A DNA stretch of 64,000 nt, from the NCBI RefSeq assembly GCF_030028105.1, contig NC_092383.1, positions 97,177,604 to 97,241,603 of the forward strand, written 5' to 3'. Both the position numbers and the translations under genes were made by a program. The stretch comes from Mobula birostris. Its lineage: Eukaryota. Under the pieces are notes generated by a model, which was given only the letters and a program-made list of their open reading frames with translations, was not told where the DNA came from and searched no databases. How positions within the stretch are numbered: position 1 is the stretch's first letter; every line of letters starts with the position of its first letter. This document shows positions 49,938 through 61,844 of this stretch, one piece after another.

Positions 49938-52900
49938 CTGGGTCTGGATGAAGAGATAAAAGATGAGCAAAGGAGATCTTCATGAACACTCGATCCGCCC
50001 CCCACTGTCTCTGACAGTCCTAAATATGGTTTAAGCCAATCTCAAATCATTTCCACCCACCTGTTTAACCCTTCCCTCAGCATTCAGTTCAGTCAGTTGC
50101 TGCTGGAGGAAGTTCCCACGTGTTCTGTGCCCTCTTTCCCGACCACGCCCCGCACATTTCCATAAGAAATCCCCAGTATCCTATTTATGGTTCTGTAGCC
50201 CAGCAATTCTCTCCAGTTCACAACTGTTGTCACTGTTGTAACTGGCCCCAATGTCCCTTTGACACCTGAGTGTGTCCCACCCGGACCAGCCGGAATCTGG
50301 TCCAAGAGCAGCAGCCCTGGGACTGTGATCGACACAGACCCAGACTGGGACTGTCTGGTGAAACTGGCACTGTTCAGATCCTGGGTACACAGCCTCTTCA
50401 CCACAGAGCCACTCATTAACACACAGATCGGGGTGGAACCAGTAAGTTAATTCCAGTCTGGTGATGGGACACATTCTGGAAACAAAGTGTCAGAATGGGG
50501 AGTCAGTCACTGAGACAGTGCTGGGATCTGGGGCGAAAGATTCACCCTCGCTGTAAGCAGAGACAGATTAATATGGTGATGAACAGCAAACCAATCAAAA
50601 GATTCTCAGACTGAACAAAGAAACAAAGGACCAGCATTAAAATCGGACTGCAAATATAATCACAGGTGATAACAATGAACTAAGATAAGCGAATAGGGTG
50701 GGCAGGAAGGAGTTGACCTTCTCATCTCTGCCTCCCTCTGGTGGCCGGTCCGAGGTTGACAGTTGGTTTCTGCAGAGCCATCGACTGCCCACTACCTGGA
50801 ACCTTGAATGGGCAACTTGGGAAGGACGCAAGCAAACGGACCAGGAGATCCCCTGAACAACCCACCACCACTCGCACTTTGGGTGTCTGAAGTTCCGGAG
50901 TGTGAGGCTGAAGCGGAGCCAAAACTGGATGAGACCCACGGACTGATACACAGAGTCATCCCAACCACAGAAAGGGAGAACAACGTGGGTGCCCGTAAAC
51001 TGTCTTAGGAATCCGTTGCCCGGTACTGCTCTTTGCAATACTCTCCACCCCAGGACCCCAGTGTAAAGGGGCAGGACCCACACACAGAGAGAACTCCACT
51101 GGGCACTATCCTCGCTACTGAATCACAATTAGTTTCATTATTTTTCTTTCTTTTCAAATCTCCCGGGGTATTGGGAAAGGGGCCCCCGGGGTACTGGGAA
51201 AGGGGCTGGTTTGGGTCCGGAGGAACCGACCTGGCTGCAGACTGTGTTGCTACCTTCTACTCAGGAAGCTTCAAAGTTGGTGCAGTATAATCGTGCGAGA
51301 TTGTCTCGGACATTTCACTTGTGATTCATCAGTTCAGGGTCAGGGACATAACCTCCTCAGCCATCAGGGAGAGCACAGTTTCCCAGATACCATAGAGGCT
51401 GGAGGGCCAACACCTCCAGCCACTGCTTTCACAAAGACCCCAATTGTCATATTTGGCTATGCAGGGCTTTTCTGTCCGTTTTTTCAAACCAACATCCTGA
51501 AAGGTGACATGGCCACAGGATTAACCGGTACTGTAGAACAGTGGTTGGATCTGACACTGTCAGTCATTTGGCTCACTATGTCTTTCATTGCCCACTCTAG
51601 CCTCTTCTGTCTTTTCCTCAGCCACCTGTCAGCTCCCCCTGCTGTCCCTCCTTCTTCCCTTTCTCCCATGGTCTGTTTCCTCTCCTGTCAGATTCATTCT
51701 TCTCCAGTTCTTTACCTTCCCCGCACACCTGGGTTCACCTGTCTCCTCTAGCTAGCCCTCCATCCCTGACCACCACCCCCATCTTTTTATCTGTGGTATT
51801 CTCCCTTCAATTCCAATTCTGAAGAAGGGTCTTCCTCTCCATAGATGCTGCCTGAGCTGCAGAGTTCCTTCAGCATTTTGTGTGCGTTGCTCTGGATTTC
51901 CAGCATCTGCAGAATCTCATGGATGAGTATCAATATGATGTTGTTTTTATCACTGACACCACCAATTACTGCAGAATCCCAGACAACATGGCAATTACAC
52001 GGTAGAACCAATCACAGAGATGGGAAAATGAGACTGAAGACAGGAACACAAGGGACATGTCGGTGATCTCTCTACACTGACCCTGCAGCTTGGGAGAGGC
52101 TCCTTCACCCAGGTCAGTTGGAGCCTCTTGAATGTTCAAGAAGTTGACAGACATGTCTGCACCAGTAAAACTGGGCAAGTGACCGGGGTAAGGAGGGAGC
52201 TCTCCAGTTGGACCAATTATGTCGCTTTCAGTCACAGATCCCTTCAGTCTGTCATCCTCACACCCAGTATCTTCCACTGTCCACTCAGGAAAGTGTCTCC
52301 TTGCAAATAAATCTTCCTTTCTTTCAGTTTTGTCCTTCAGGGAGGCAAGAGGAACCAAAATGGTGAAGTAGTGGAAAGGATCTCCAGTTTCAAGGTTTTG
52401 TGGATGAACATCACCGAGGAGCTCCCTTGGTCCATCAACATAACCTCGACAGTAGAGAAGGCACAACAGTGACTACACTATCCAAGGTGCTTAAGGAGAG
52501 CTAATCTGCCCCAAAGATTCAATTCATTTCAAGCTTAATTGTCATTCGACCTGACATGAATCCAGCCAAACGAAACAGCATTACTCCAGGGTCAAGGTGG
52601 AAAACACAGTACAACAGTCACACAGTAAAACAGTAAACCCCACGGCTTGAGACCCTGAGTGCATTGAATGCCATCAGAATCTGCAGTCAACAACAACAGA
52701 GCTTGTCTTCTGCCAAGTGAAGGTCAGGGAGGGCAGCACCGACTCTGTCCTGGACGCCGCACCACACCGCCCCCTATGGACCACACCGGCTTTGACGCCT
52801 CTCTCCTGGCGGCTGCAAACAGGTGACACCGTGGCTTGAGGCCTGGATCTCGCTACGAGCAAGGTCATGTGGTTCTGCCGACATTCACTCCTGCTCCCCT

Positions 52901-53449
52901 CCGACACATCAGCGAATCGAACATGTGACAAACCATATTAACAACGTTCAGAAGGGTTTTGTAATAACAAGACGGCTACTCGCAATTAGACTATAGGCCT
53001 CCATCAGCTCAGGCAGCAGCATTTCTCCACCAGCGAGCAACTTCATTTTCTCCGCCAGTGAGCAACTCGCTGATGGTGTAGACCTGCAGTACTTTGAAGT
53101 TCTTAACGGAAAGCGGGATGTTATGATCATTAGAAATTTATTTAAATAAGAGAGTGGCACATTGTTAACCCTGTAGACTCTGCTGCATCAAGACAGCTCA
53201 CAAAGCACAGGTGATTGGAAAGGCTCAGCACATCGCTGGGACTCAACGACTGGATCTGGAGACAATCTACAACACTCAGTACCTGTGTTGCCCTCATAAC
53301 ATCATTAAAGACCCGTCCCACCCCAGACACTGTTCAATCTCCTGCCATCTCGCCAGAGATACAGAAACTTCCCAGCCAAGACAGTAAAAGTGAAAAGCAG
53401 CTTCTTCCCAAGGGTTATTGTGCAGCTGAATAATACTACATCCAGACTT

Positions 53450-53935
53450 GCCAATGTATCAGTACCTCCAGTTGAAGTCTGTCTTTTTGTGTGTTTCACC
53501 CCAGCTGTCAGTCTGTGGTTTTGTATTACCATGTGCTCCTGTCTCCGCTCCTGCTCTACTCCGGCCCCGGTATTACTGAGTACTCCGTCTCTCACCTGTT
53601 TCTCATTATTACCTGTATTGCTGCCACGTGTCTCATTGTGCTCCACCTATCATCTGCCTCTCTGTTTATTGCTCAGTGTATCTCAGTCCTGTGATTTCAT
53701 CAGATTGCACCAGTGAATTTTCCTGAGTCTTTCCAGCATTTGTATCTGTACCCTGTCTGTCTGAGTATCAACTCTGCCAGTTTCCCGATTCTGGTTTTTG
53801 ATTTCTCTGGATGTTTGGATCTCTGCCTGAACTTTGACACCAACCTTGTTTGGACCTTGGGATTTGTTACTCAATTAATATCACTGTGTGCACGGTACTG
53901 GGTCTGCGATTGGATCCCTGCTCCAGTGTGATAAA
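53450..53935 (+). mobile_element. Gypsy-like LTR fragment; only its 3' 170 bp survive in copy A (39900-40071)
   Basis: Pyrimidine-rich CACCTG-containing LTR-like sequence; copy A counterpart ends TGACA. Confidence 0.45.
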
Positions 53936-54963
53936 TACACAGGGTCTCACTCAGCACAGCACAGCATGAAGGCTGAGGAATAAACACCTTGCTGAGCTCA
54001 GACCTCAGTCTGGGCAATTACCAAGCAGCGCTTTGAGAAACCTATGGAATATCTGGAGTCCATGTACATGACAGACCAGGCCTTTGACTGGGGGTTACAG
54101 TGGGATCTGTTGAACTGTGACCCACAGATACAGAACACTGATAAGGATGAAGTCCTGAGGCTTCATTAGACATTGGTCAGACCGCACTTGGAGTATTGTG
54201 AGCGGTTCTGGGTCCCTTATCGAAGAAAGGATATGCTGGCACTGGAGGGGGTCCAGAGGAGGTTCTCAGGATTTGTTTAAGGAATGAAAGGATTAACACA
54301 TGAGGAAAATTGAATGGCTCTGGGGCTGTACTCACTGCAATTTAGCAGTATGAGTCAGGGGGAATCTTATTGAAAGCTTTCAAATATTAAAAAAGCCTTG
54401 TTAGAGTGGATGTGGAGAAGATGTTTCCTGTAATGAGAGAGTCTGGGACCAGGGGCCACAGCCTTCGAATAGAGGCACATTCATTTAGAACAGAGGTGAG
54501 GGAATTCCTGTAGCCAGAGTGTTGTGAATGTGTGGAATTCATTGTCACAGAATGCTATGGAGGCCACCATTTGGTATATTTGAAGTGAAGGTTCATGGGT
54601 TCTATATTAGTCAGGGCATGAAAGGTTACAGAGAAGGCAGGAAAATGGGGCGAAGAGAAGTAATAAATCAGCTATGATTGAATGGTGGGGCAGAATCGAT
54701 GGGCCGAATGGCCTAATTCTGATCCTTTATCTTATGGTCTATACCGCTGAGCCCAACCACTCCAGCCCCCTCCTACCCCATCAACCTACCCCCCTCATTC
54801 CCTACACCCTGTGTGCTCAGCTCCTCCAGTCTCAGAGCCACATGGACTTTGCTGGTGAATCCTTCACAGCCTCTGGTTCAGTCTCCGGGGATGTGGTGAA
54901 TGTGTCCCCCAGACTCAGCCACAATACACTGGGACTGTGAGCCCAGATCTGGCCACAGACAGT

Positions 54964-57939
54964 TAGAATCAGAATCAGGTTTATTATCACCGGCATGTGA
55001 TGTGAAATTTGTTAACTTAGTGGCAGTGAGAAAAGGACATGCCCTGGGTGCTGGAGGTCTTTAATAATAGACGCTGCCTTTCTAAGACACTGCTCCCTAA
55101 AGATGTCCTGGGTACTTTGTAGGCTAGTGCCCAGGATGGAGCTGACTAGATTTACAACATTCTGCAGCTTCTTTCAGTCCTGTGCAGTGGCCTCTCCATT
55201 CCGGACAGTGATGCAGCCTGTCAGATTGCTCTCCACAATACAACTATAGAAGTTTTTGAGTGTATTTATTGACATGCCAAAACTCTTCAAACTCCTGATA
55301 AAAGTATAACTGCTGTCTTGCCTTCTTTATGACTGCATCAATATGTTGGGACCAGGTTAGATCCTCAGAGATGTTGACACCCAGGAACTTGAAGCTGCTC
55401 ACTCTCTCCACTTCTGATCCCTCTGTGAGGATTGGTATGTGTTCCTTCATCTTACCCTTCCTGAAGTCTACAATCAGCTCTTTCATCTTACTGACATTGA
55501 GTACCAGGTTGTTGCTGTGGCACCACTCCACTAGTTGGCATATCTCACTCCTGTACGCCCTCTCGTCACCACCTGAGATTCTACCAACAATGCTTGTATC
55601 ATCAGCAAATTTATAGCTGGTATTTGAGCTATGCCTAGCCACACAGTTTTTATATATATATGAGAGAGAGAGAGAGTTAGAGAGAGAGAGTTAGAGAGAG
55701 AGAGTTAGAGAGAGAGAGTTAGAGAGAGAGAGTTAGAGAGAGAGAGTTAGAGAGAGAGAGTTAGAGAGAGAGAGTTAGAGAGAGAGTGAGAGAGAGAGAG
55801 TGAGAGAGAGAGTGAGAGAGAGATTAGAGCAGTGGGCTAAGCACACACACCTGAGGTGCGCCAGTGTTGATTGTCAGCAAGGAGGAGATGTTATCACCAA
55901 TCCGCACAGACTGTGGTCTTCCAGTTTGGAAGTTTAGGATCCATTTGCAGAGAGAGGTTCAGAGGCCCAGGTTCTGCAGCTTTGCAATCCGGATTGCAGG
56001 AATGTTGGTATTAAATGCTTGGTTAGAGTCGATGAACAGCATCCTGATGTAGGTGTTTGTGTTCTCTAGGTGGTCTAAAGTCGTGTGGAGAGCCAATGAG
56101 ATTGCGTCTGCTTTTGACCTATTGTGGCGCTAGGCAAATGGCAACGGGTCCAGGTCCTTGCTGAGGCAGGAGTTCAGTCGAGTCATGACCAATCTCTCAA
56201 AGCATTTCATCACTATTAATGTAAGTGCAGCCTGGCGATAGTCACTAAGGCAGCTCACATTATTCTTCTTTGACACTGGTATAATTATTCCCTTTTTGTA
56301 GCAAGAGGGAACTTCTGCCTGTAGCAGTGAGAGGTTCAAAATATCCTTGAATACTCCCGCTATTTGGTTGGCACAGGTTTTCAGAGCCTTACCAGGTACT
56401 CCATCGGGACCTTCTGCCTTGTGAGGGTTCACTCTCTTTTGAGACAGTCTAACATCGGTTTCTGAAACAGAGATCACAGGGTCATCAGGTGCAGCAGGGA
56501 TCTCCACAGCTGTAGTTGTGTTCTCCCTTTCAAAACGTGCATGGAAGGCGTTGAGTTCATCTGGTAGTGAAGCATCGCTGCCATTGGGTTTCGCTTTGTA
56601 GGAAGTAATGTCTTGCAGTCCCTGCCAGAGTTGCCGTGCATCTGATGTCACCTCCAACCTCGTTCGAAATTGTCTCTTCACCCTTGAAATAACCCTCCAC
56701 AAATCATACCTGGTTTTCTGGTACAGGCCTGGGTCGCCAGACTTGAATGCACAGATCTAGTCTTCAGCAGACACTGTACCTCCTGGTTCATCTGTGGCTT
56801 TTGGCTTGGGAATGTACAGTAAGACTTTGTGAGCACACACTCGTCCACACAGGTTGAAATGAGGTCGGTAACAAATGCAGCATATTCAACCAGATTCAAA
56901 AATGAATCCCTGAATACAGTCCAGTCCACCGATTCAAAGCAGTCCTGTAGGCGCTCCTGTGCTTCCCTTGTCCAAACCTTCTTGGTCCTCACTACTGGTG
57001 CTGCAGTCTTCAGTCTCCGCCTGTACTCAGGGAGTAGAAGTACAGCTACGTGATCAGATTCCCGAAGTGAGGACGTGGATTAGCACGGTAGGCATTCTTG
57101 ATGGTGGTGTAACAATGGTCCAGTGTGTTGTTTCCTCTGGTGTTGCAAGTGACCTGTTGATGGGAATTGCTTTGTGATTTTTTTTCAGACTGGCCTGGTT
57201 AAAATCTCCCAAAACGATGGTGAAGGTGTTAGGGTGCGCTGTTTCGTGCATGTTGATCCCATTGCTCAGATCATCTAAAGCCTGATTGACACTGGCCTGA
57301 GGTTTAATGTAAACTGTTACCAGAATGACCCCAGAGAACTCCCGTGGTGGGTAAAAATGATGACACTTTACTGCTAGATATTCCAGGTCTGGAGAGCAGA
57401 ATTGGGACGGCACTGATATATTTGTGCACCAAGAAGAACTGATCATGAGGCAAACTCCTCCACCTCTGCTTTTGAGAGACTCTATAGACCAATCCTGGCG
57501 GTGAAGAGTAAACCCGTCCATCTGAATCACTGCATCCGGTAGGGAAGGGGTTAACCAGGATTCCGTGAAACAAAGGACACACGCGGTCCTAATGTCCCTC
57601 TGATCCAACACCCTGGCTCTGAGATCATCGCAGCTATTCACCAGAGACTGCACGTTCGCCAGCAAGGCCGTCAGTCTGGGGAGTTTAAAACCCCGTTTCA
57701 TTAAACTCACTTGTAATCCTGATCTTCACTCACGCTTCCTCCGAGGTTTTCTCCGTGGGCACTTCCGACCACAGACTGTTTTTTCCCGTCGGTTTTAAGC
57801 AGCAATAGTTCATTTAAACGCATTAAGACAGCTTTGTTGACTGTACTGACCTTGGAAGCAGTTGTGCTGGCTGAAACGGGAATATTTAATCGTATCCATT
57901 GGGAGTTCTGCTGCTACTTGAGTCGCCCCTAGTATGTTG
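54964..57939 (-). mobile_element. Near full-length Rex1/Babar LINE in the V-C2 intron of gene B
   Basis: APE endonuclease ORF (LANVQSL, CFTESWL, GGGVCLMI, LGDFN), RT pieces (KAEGPDGVPG, KFADDT), (GATTCT)n tail at 54964; host intron continues on both sides. Confidence 0.95.
55645..55826. repeat. (GAGAGAGAGTTA)n microsatellite inside Rex1 RT
   Basis: About ten 12-bp units plus (GA)nGT variants. Confidence 0.95.
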
Positions 57940-58047
57940 CAGTGGGGTTCAGTAAAAAGGGGGACACACAGGATCTGCCCTCACCCATTAATTAGGAATG
58001 TTTCAGGAACTGGTGAAACCCGGGCCCCTCCGCGGTGTCTCACTCAC

Positions 58048-58371
58048 CGTACACCTCCAGTCGCACTGTTGTTATACTTTCAGCTCCTGAAACTGCTGCT
58101 GCAAACATCACCTCGTAATCACCGGAGTCCTCTCTCCGTAGATCATGGATTTCCAGACTGAAATTCCCACGATGAAAGGTTCTCCGTCGCTTGTACTCGT
58201 CAGGACCGAAGTAGCTAACGTTACCCTTCGAGTACTTCACTATCATGTTTCTGGGTGATACCCATCTCCACACAACATCAGCAACGTCCAGTCCGACTGG
58301 GATCCCAGAAGGTAAGGAGACCGAGTGTCCCCGAGTTCCGTTCACGGTGGTCGGGGAAGCCCCAGTCCCAG
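58048..58371 (-). CDS. Gene B CD2/SLAM-family Ig V-set exon, no cysteines
   Basis: Acceptor ttgtctcctcag, donor G|gtgagt, 324 bp, phase 1-1; FSLEIHDLRREDSGDYEV...TVRLEVY; N-glycosylation sequons NGT, NVS, NFS. Confidence 0.93.
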
Positions 58372-58694
58372 CTGAGGAGACAAGAGGAGAGAGTCAGCAG
58401 ATCAGCTCAGTGACTGGTGGAGGAATCAGAGCTGTGAGAATCATAGATATAGCAACAGGCCGTACGGCCCATCGTCTGTCTCCCAGCCCCGTGAGAGAGC
58501 TGGCCCACAGATCCTACATCACACAGTGAGCCCATGGAGGGTGGGGGAACAGAGTGAAGACTCTGCACCCCACCCTGAGGAAGAAAGATACAGCCTGTAG
58601 CCAGGTTGGGGGAGGGGGCTGGGACATGAACATGTCAAATGGGACCCAATCCAGAAAATAGGGTGGGCAGAGATTGTTTGGGAATGGGTGAAAA

Positions 58695-58905
58695 ACTGTG
58701 AGTGAACTCGGGATAAATGAAACAACAGTGCGACTGGAGGTGTACGGTGAGTGAGACACCACAGAGGGGCCCGGCTTTCACCCATTCCTGAAACACCCCT
58801 AACTACTGGGTGAGGGTAGATCCTGTGTGTTTCCCTGTTTACTGAACCCCAGTGACTGCCCATGTCCAGAGCTGGGCTCACGGTCCCAGTGTAGTGAGGC
58901 TGAGG
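58695..58905 (+). pseudogene. Remnant of a third V exon (TVSELGINETTVRLEVY), its donor and the start of the intron
   Basis: Exon end at 58746, GTGAGT donor, then about 160 bp homologous to the post-V introns of genes 1 and B; in-frame TGA at 58689 and no V body upstream. Confidence 0.85.
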
Positions 58906-60282
58906 GTGCGAGTGGGTGGAGGGATAGAAGGGGCTTTGAGTGTATGTATCCTAATCATAAAGGTTACAGGACAGGTGAATAAGGGGTTAAACAGACAGAT
59001 GGCTTTCTTTAACTGAGACACACGGAGTATGAGATTGCGACAGGACACTGGAACGGTGGCCAACCGCAGTTTGAACACAGTTCGACACTGAGATGAGTAT
59101 GTTCACCACATCCCAGGACAGACCGGGTCACTCTTGGAGAGGGTGAAGGGGGAATTTACCAAACTGTTGCAGGGCTTGGAACATTATTATTGAGAGGAAA
59201 GATCAGAGAGTCTGGGTTGCTTTTGCTTGGAACAGGGGATATCGAGCAGGAGACTATGGAGGGTGCAAAATAACAAGGGGCCTGAGCAGAGTAAATGGGA
59301 AGGAGGGATTTCCCTGAGCAGAGGGCTGGAGATTCACAGACACTGTGAATGATGAGTTGCAATGTCAAAGAGAGACAAAATCTTGATGAATACAGGACTG
59401 AAGGTGTTATATTTGAATGCACGCTGTATATGGAATAAGGTAGATGAACTTGCAGGATAGTTACAGATTGGCATTTATGATGTTGTGGACATCACTGAAT
59501 CAGGGCTGAAAGAAGATTATAGCTGGGAGCTGAACATCCCAGCACACATTGTGTCAAAAGGGCAGGTAGTCAGGCAGAGGGGGTGGGGTAGCTCTGTTGG
59601 TAAGAAATGAAATCAAGTCATTAGGAAGAGGTGGTATAGGATCAGAAAGTATAGAATCATTTCGGGTAGAGCAAAGAAACTGCAAGGGTAAAAAGATCCT
59701 AATGGAAGTTATATACAGACCTACAAACAGCAACAAAGATGTGAGCTACAGATTACCATGGAAAATGCACATCAAGAGGGCAATGTTACAACAATCATGG
59801 GGAATTTCAATGTGGACTTTTATCAGGAAAATCAGATTGGTGCTGGAACCCAAGAGGGGGAATTTGTAGAATACCTACAATATGGCTTTTTAGGGCAGCT
59901 TGTGGTTGAGTCCACTAGGGGTATTCTGGATTGGGCATTGTGCACTGAACCAGAATTGATAGCGAGCTTAAGGTAAAGATCTCCTTCAGGAGCAGTGATC
60001 ATAATATAATAGAATTCACCCTGCAGTTTCAGAGAGAGAAGCTAAAGTCAGATGTATCAGTATTACAGTGGAGTAACGGGAATTTCAGAGGCGTGAGGGA
60101 GGAGCTGGCCCAAACTGATTGGAAGGGTCTCTAGCAGGGATGACAACAGAGCAACACTGGCTGGAGTTTCTGAGAGGAAATTGGAAGTTCTGGATATATA
60201 CATCCCAACGAAGAAATCTTCCAAAGGCAGGATGAAGCAACTGTGGGTGAAAGGGAATTCGAAGCCAACATAAAAACCGAAG

Positions 60283-60446
60283 ACAACAGGAATTCTGCAG
60301 ATGCTGGAAATTCAAGCAACACACATCAAAGTTGCTGGTGAACGCAGCAGTCCTGACGGAGGGTCTCGGCCTGAAACGTCGACTGCACCTCTTCCTTCAG
60401 ATGCTGCCTGGCCTGCTGCGTTCACCAGCAACTTTGATGTGTGTTG
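60283..60446. mobile_element. Short Penelope-like insertion with internal 34-bp perfect inverted repeat and 13-bp TSD
   Basis: Arms 60317-60350 and 60413-60446; TSD ATAAAAACCGAAG / ATAAAATCCGAAG; hammerhead motif 60349-60384 with CTGACGG (A9 changed). Confidence 0.85.
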
Positions 60447-60737
60447 ATAAAATCCGAAGAGAGGGCACACAATAGAGCAAAAATTACTGGGAAGTGAGAG
60501 GATTGGCAAGTTTTTAAAAATCACCAGAAGGCAATTTAAAATATCAAAAGGAAGGTAAAGATGGAATATGAAGATAAGCTAGCCAATAATACTTCAGAGG
60601 ATACTGAATGTTTCTGCAGATATATAAGGAGTAAAAGAGAGGCAAGAATCGATATTGTGCTGCTGGAAAATGATGCTGGAATAATATTAATGGGGGACAA
60701 GTAAATGGTGGATGAACTGAAGTAGTATTTTGCTTCA

Positions 60738-61844
60738 CACACAAAATGCTGGTGGAACGCAGCAGGCCAGACAGCATCTAAAGGAAGAGGTACAGTCGAT
60801 GTTTCGGGCTGAGGCCCTTCGTCAGGACTAATTGAAGGAAGAGCTAGTAAGAGATTTGGAAGTGGGAGGGGGAGATCTGAAATGATAGGAGAAGACAGGA
60901 GGGGAGGGATGGAGCCAAGAGCTGGACAGGTGATTGGCAAAAGGGATACGAGGCAGGAGAAGGGAGAGAATCATGGGATGGGAGACCTGAGGAGAAAGAA
61001 AGGGGGAGGGGAGCCCAGAGGATGGAGAGCATGCAAGGAGTTATAGTGAGAAGGACAGAGGGAGAAAAAAAGAGACAGAAAAAGGGGGGGGAATAAATAA
61101 ATAGATAAGGGATAGGGTACGGAGGGGCATTAACGGTAGTTAGAGGAGTCAATGTTCATGCCATCAGGTTGGAGGCTACCCAGATGGAATACAAGGTGTT
61201 GTTCCTCCAACCTGAGTGTGGCTTCATCTTTACAGTAGAGGAGGCCGTGGATAGACATGTCAGAATGGGAATGGGATGTGGAATTAAAATGTGTGGCCAC
61301 TGGGAGATCCTGCTTTCTCTGGCGGACAGAGCGTAGATGTTCAGCGAAGCGGTCTCCCAGTCTGCGTCAGGTCTCGCCATTATATAGAAGGCAGCACTGG
61401 GAGCACCAGACGCAGTATATCACCCCAGCCAACTCACAGGTGAAGTGTCGCCTCACCTGGGAGGACGGTCTGGGGCCCTGAATGGTGGTGAGGGAGGAAG
61501 TGTAAGGGCAGGTGTAGCACTTGTTCTGCTTACAAGGATAAGTACCAGGAGGGAGATCAGTGGGAAGGGGGGGGGGGACGAATGGACAAGGGAGTCGTTT
61601 AGGGAGCGATCCCTGCAGAAAGCAGAAAGGGAGGGGGAGGGAAAGATGTGCTTAATGGTGGGATCCCGTTGGAGGTGGCGGAAGTTATGGAGAATTATAT
61701 GTTGGACCCGGAGGCTGGGGGGGTGGTAGGTGAGGACCAGGGGAACCCTATTCCTAGTGGGGTGGCAGGAGGATGGGGTGAGAGCAGATGTTCATGAAAT
61801 AACCACCAAGCTTGAATTTCCAGCATCTGCAGATTTCCTCGTGT
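60738..61844 (-). mobile_element. Penelope-like element (GIY-YIG C-terminus and terminal repeat) with 15-bp TSD
   Basis: TAGTATTTTGCTTCA at 60723-60737 and 61845-61859; minus frame GETRRRLGDRFAEHLRSV...LEEQHL; inverted terminal piece at the right end. Confidence 0.88.

Larger units (their letters stand above)
46590..54830. repeat. Segmental duplication copy B
   Basis: Colinear paralogue of 33400-42960. Confidence 0.9.

Noticed and set aside
58522-58560. CACAGTG heptamer near V exon B (and CACTGTG near V exon 1) as RAG signals
   Set aside because: No ACAAAAACC-like nonamer at 12 or 23 bp; the ACAAAAACA near the TM exons has no heptamer at the right spacing.
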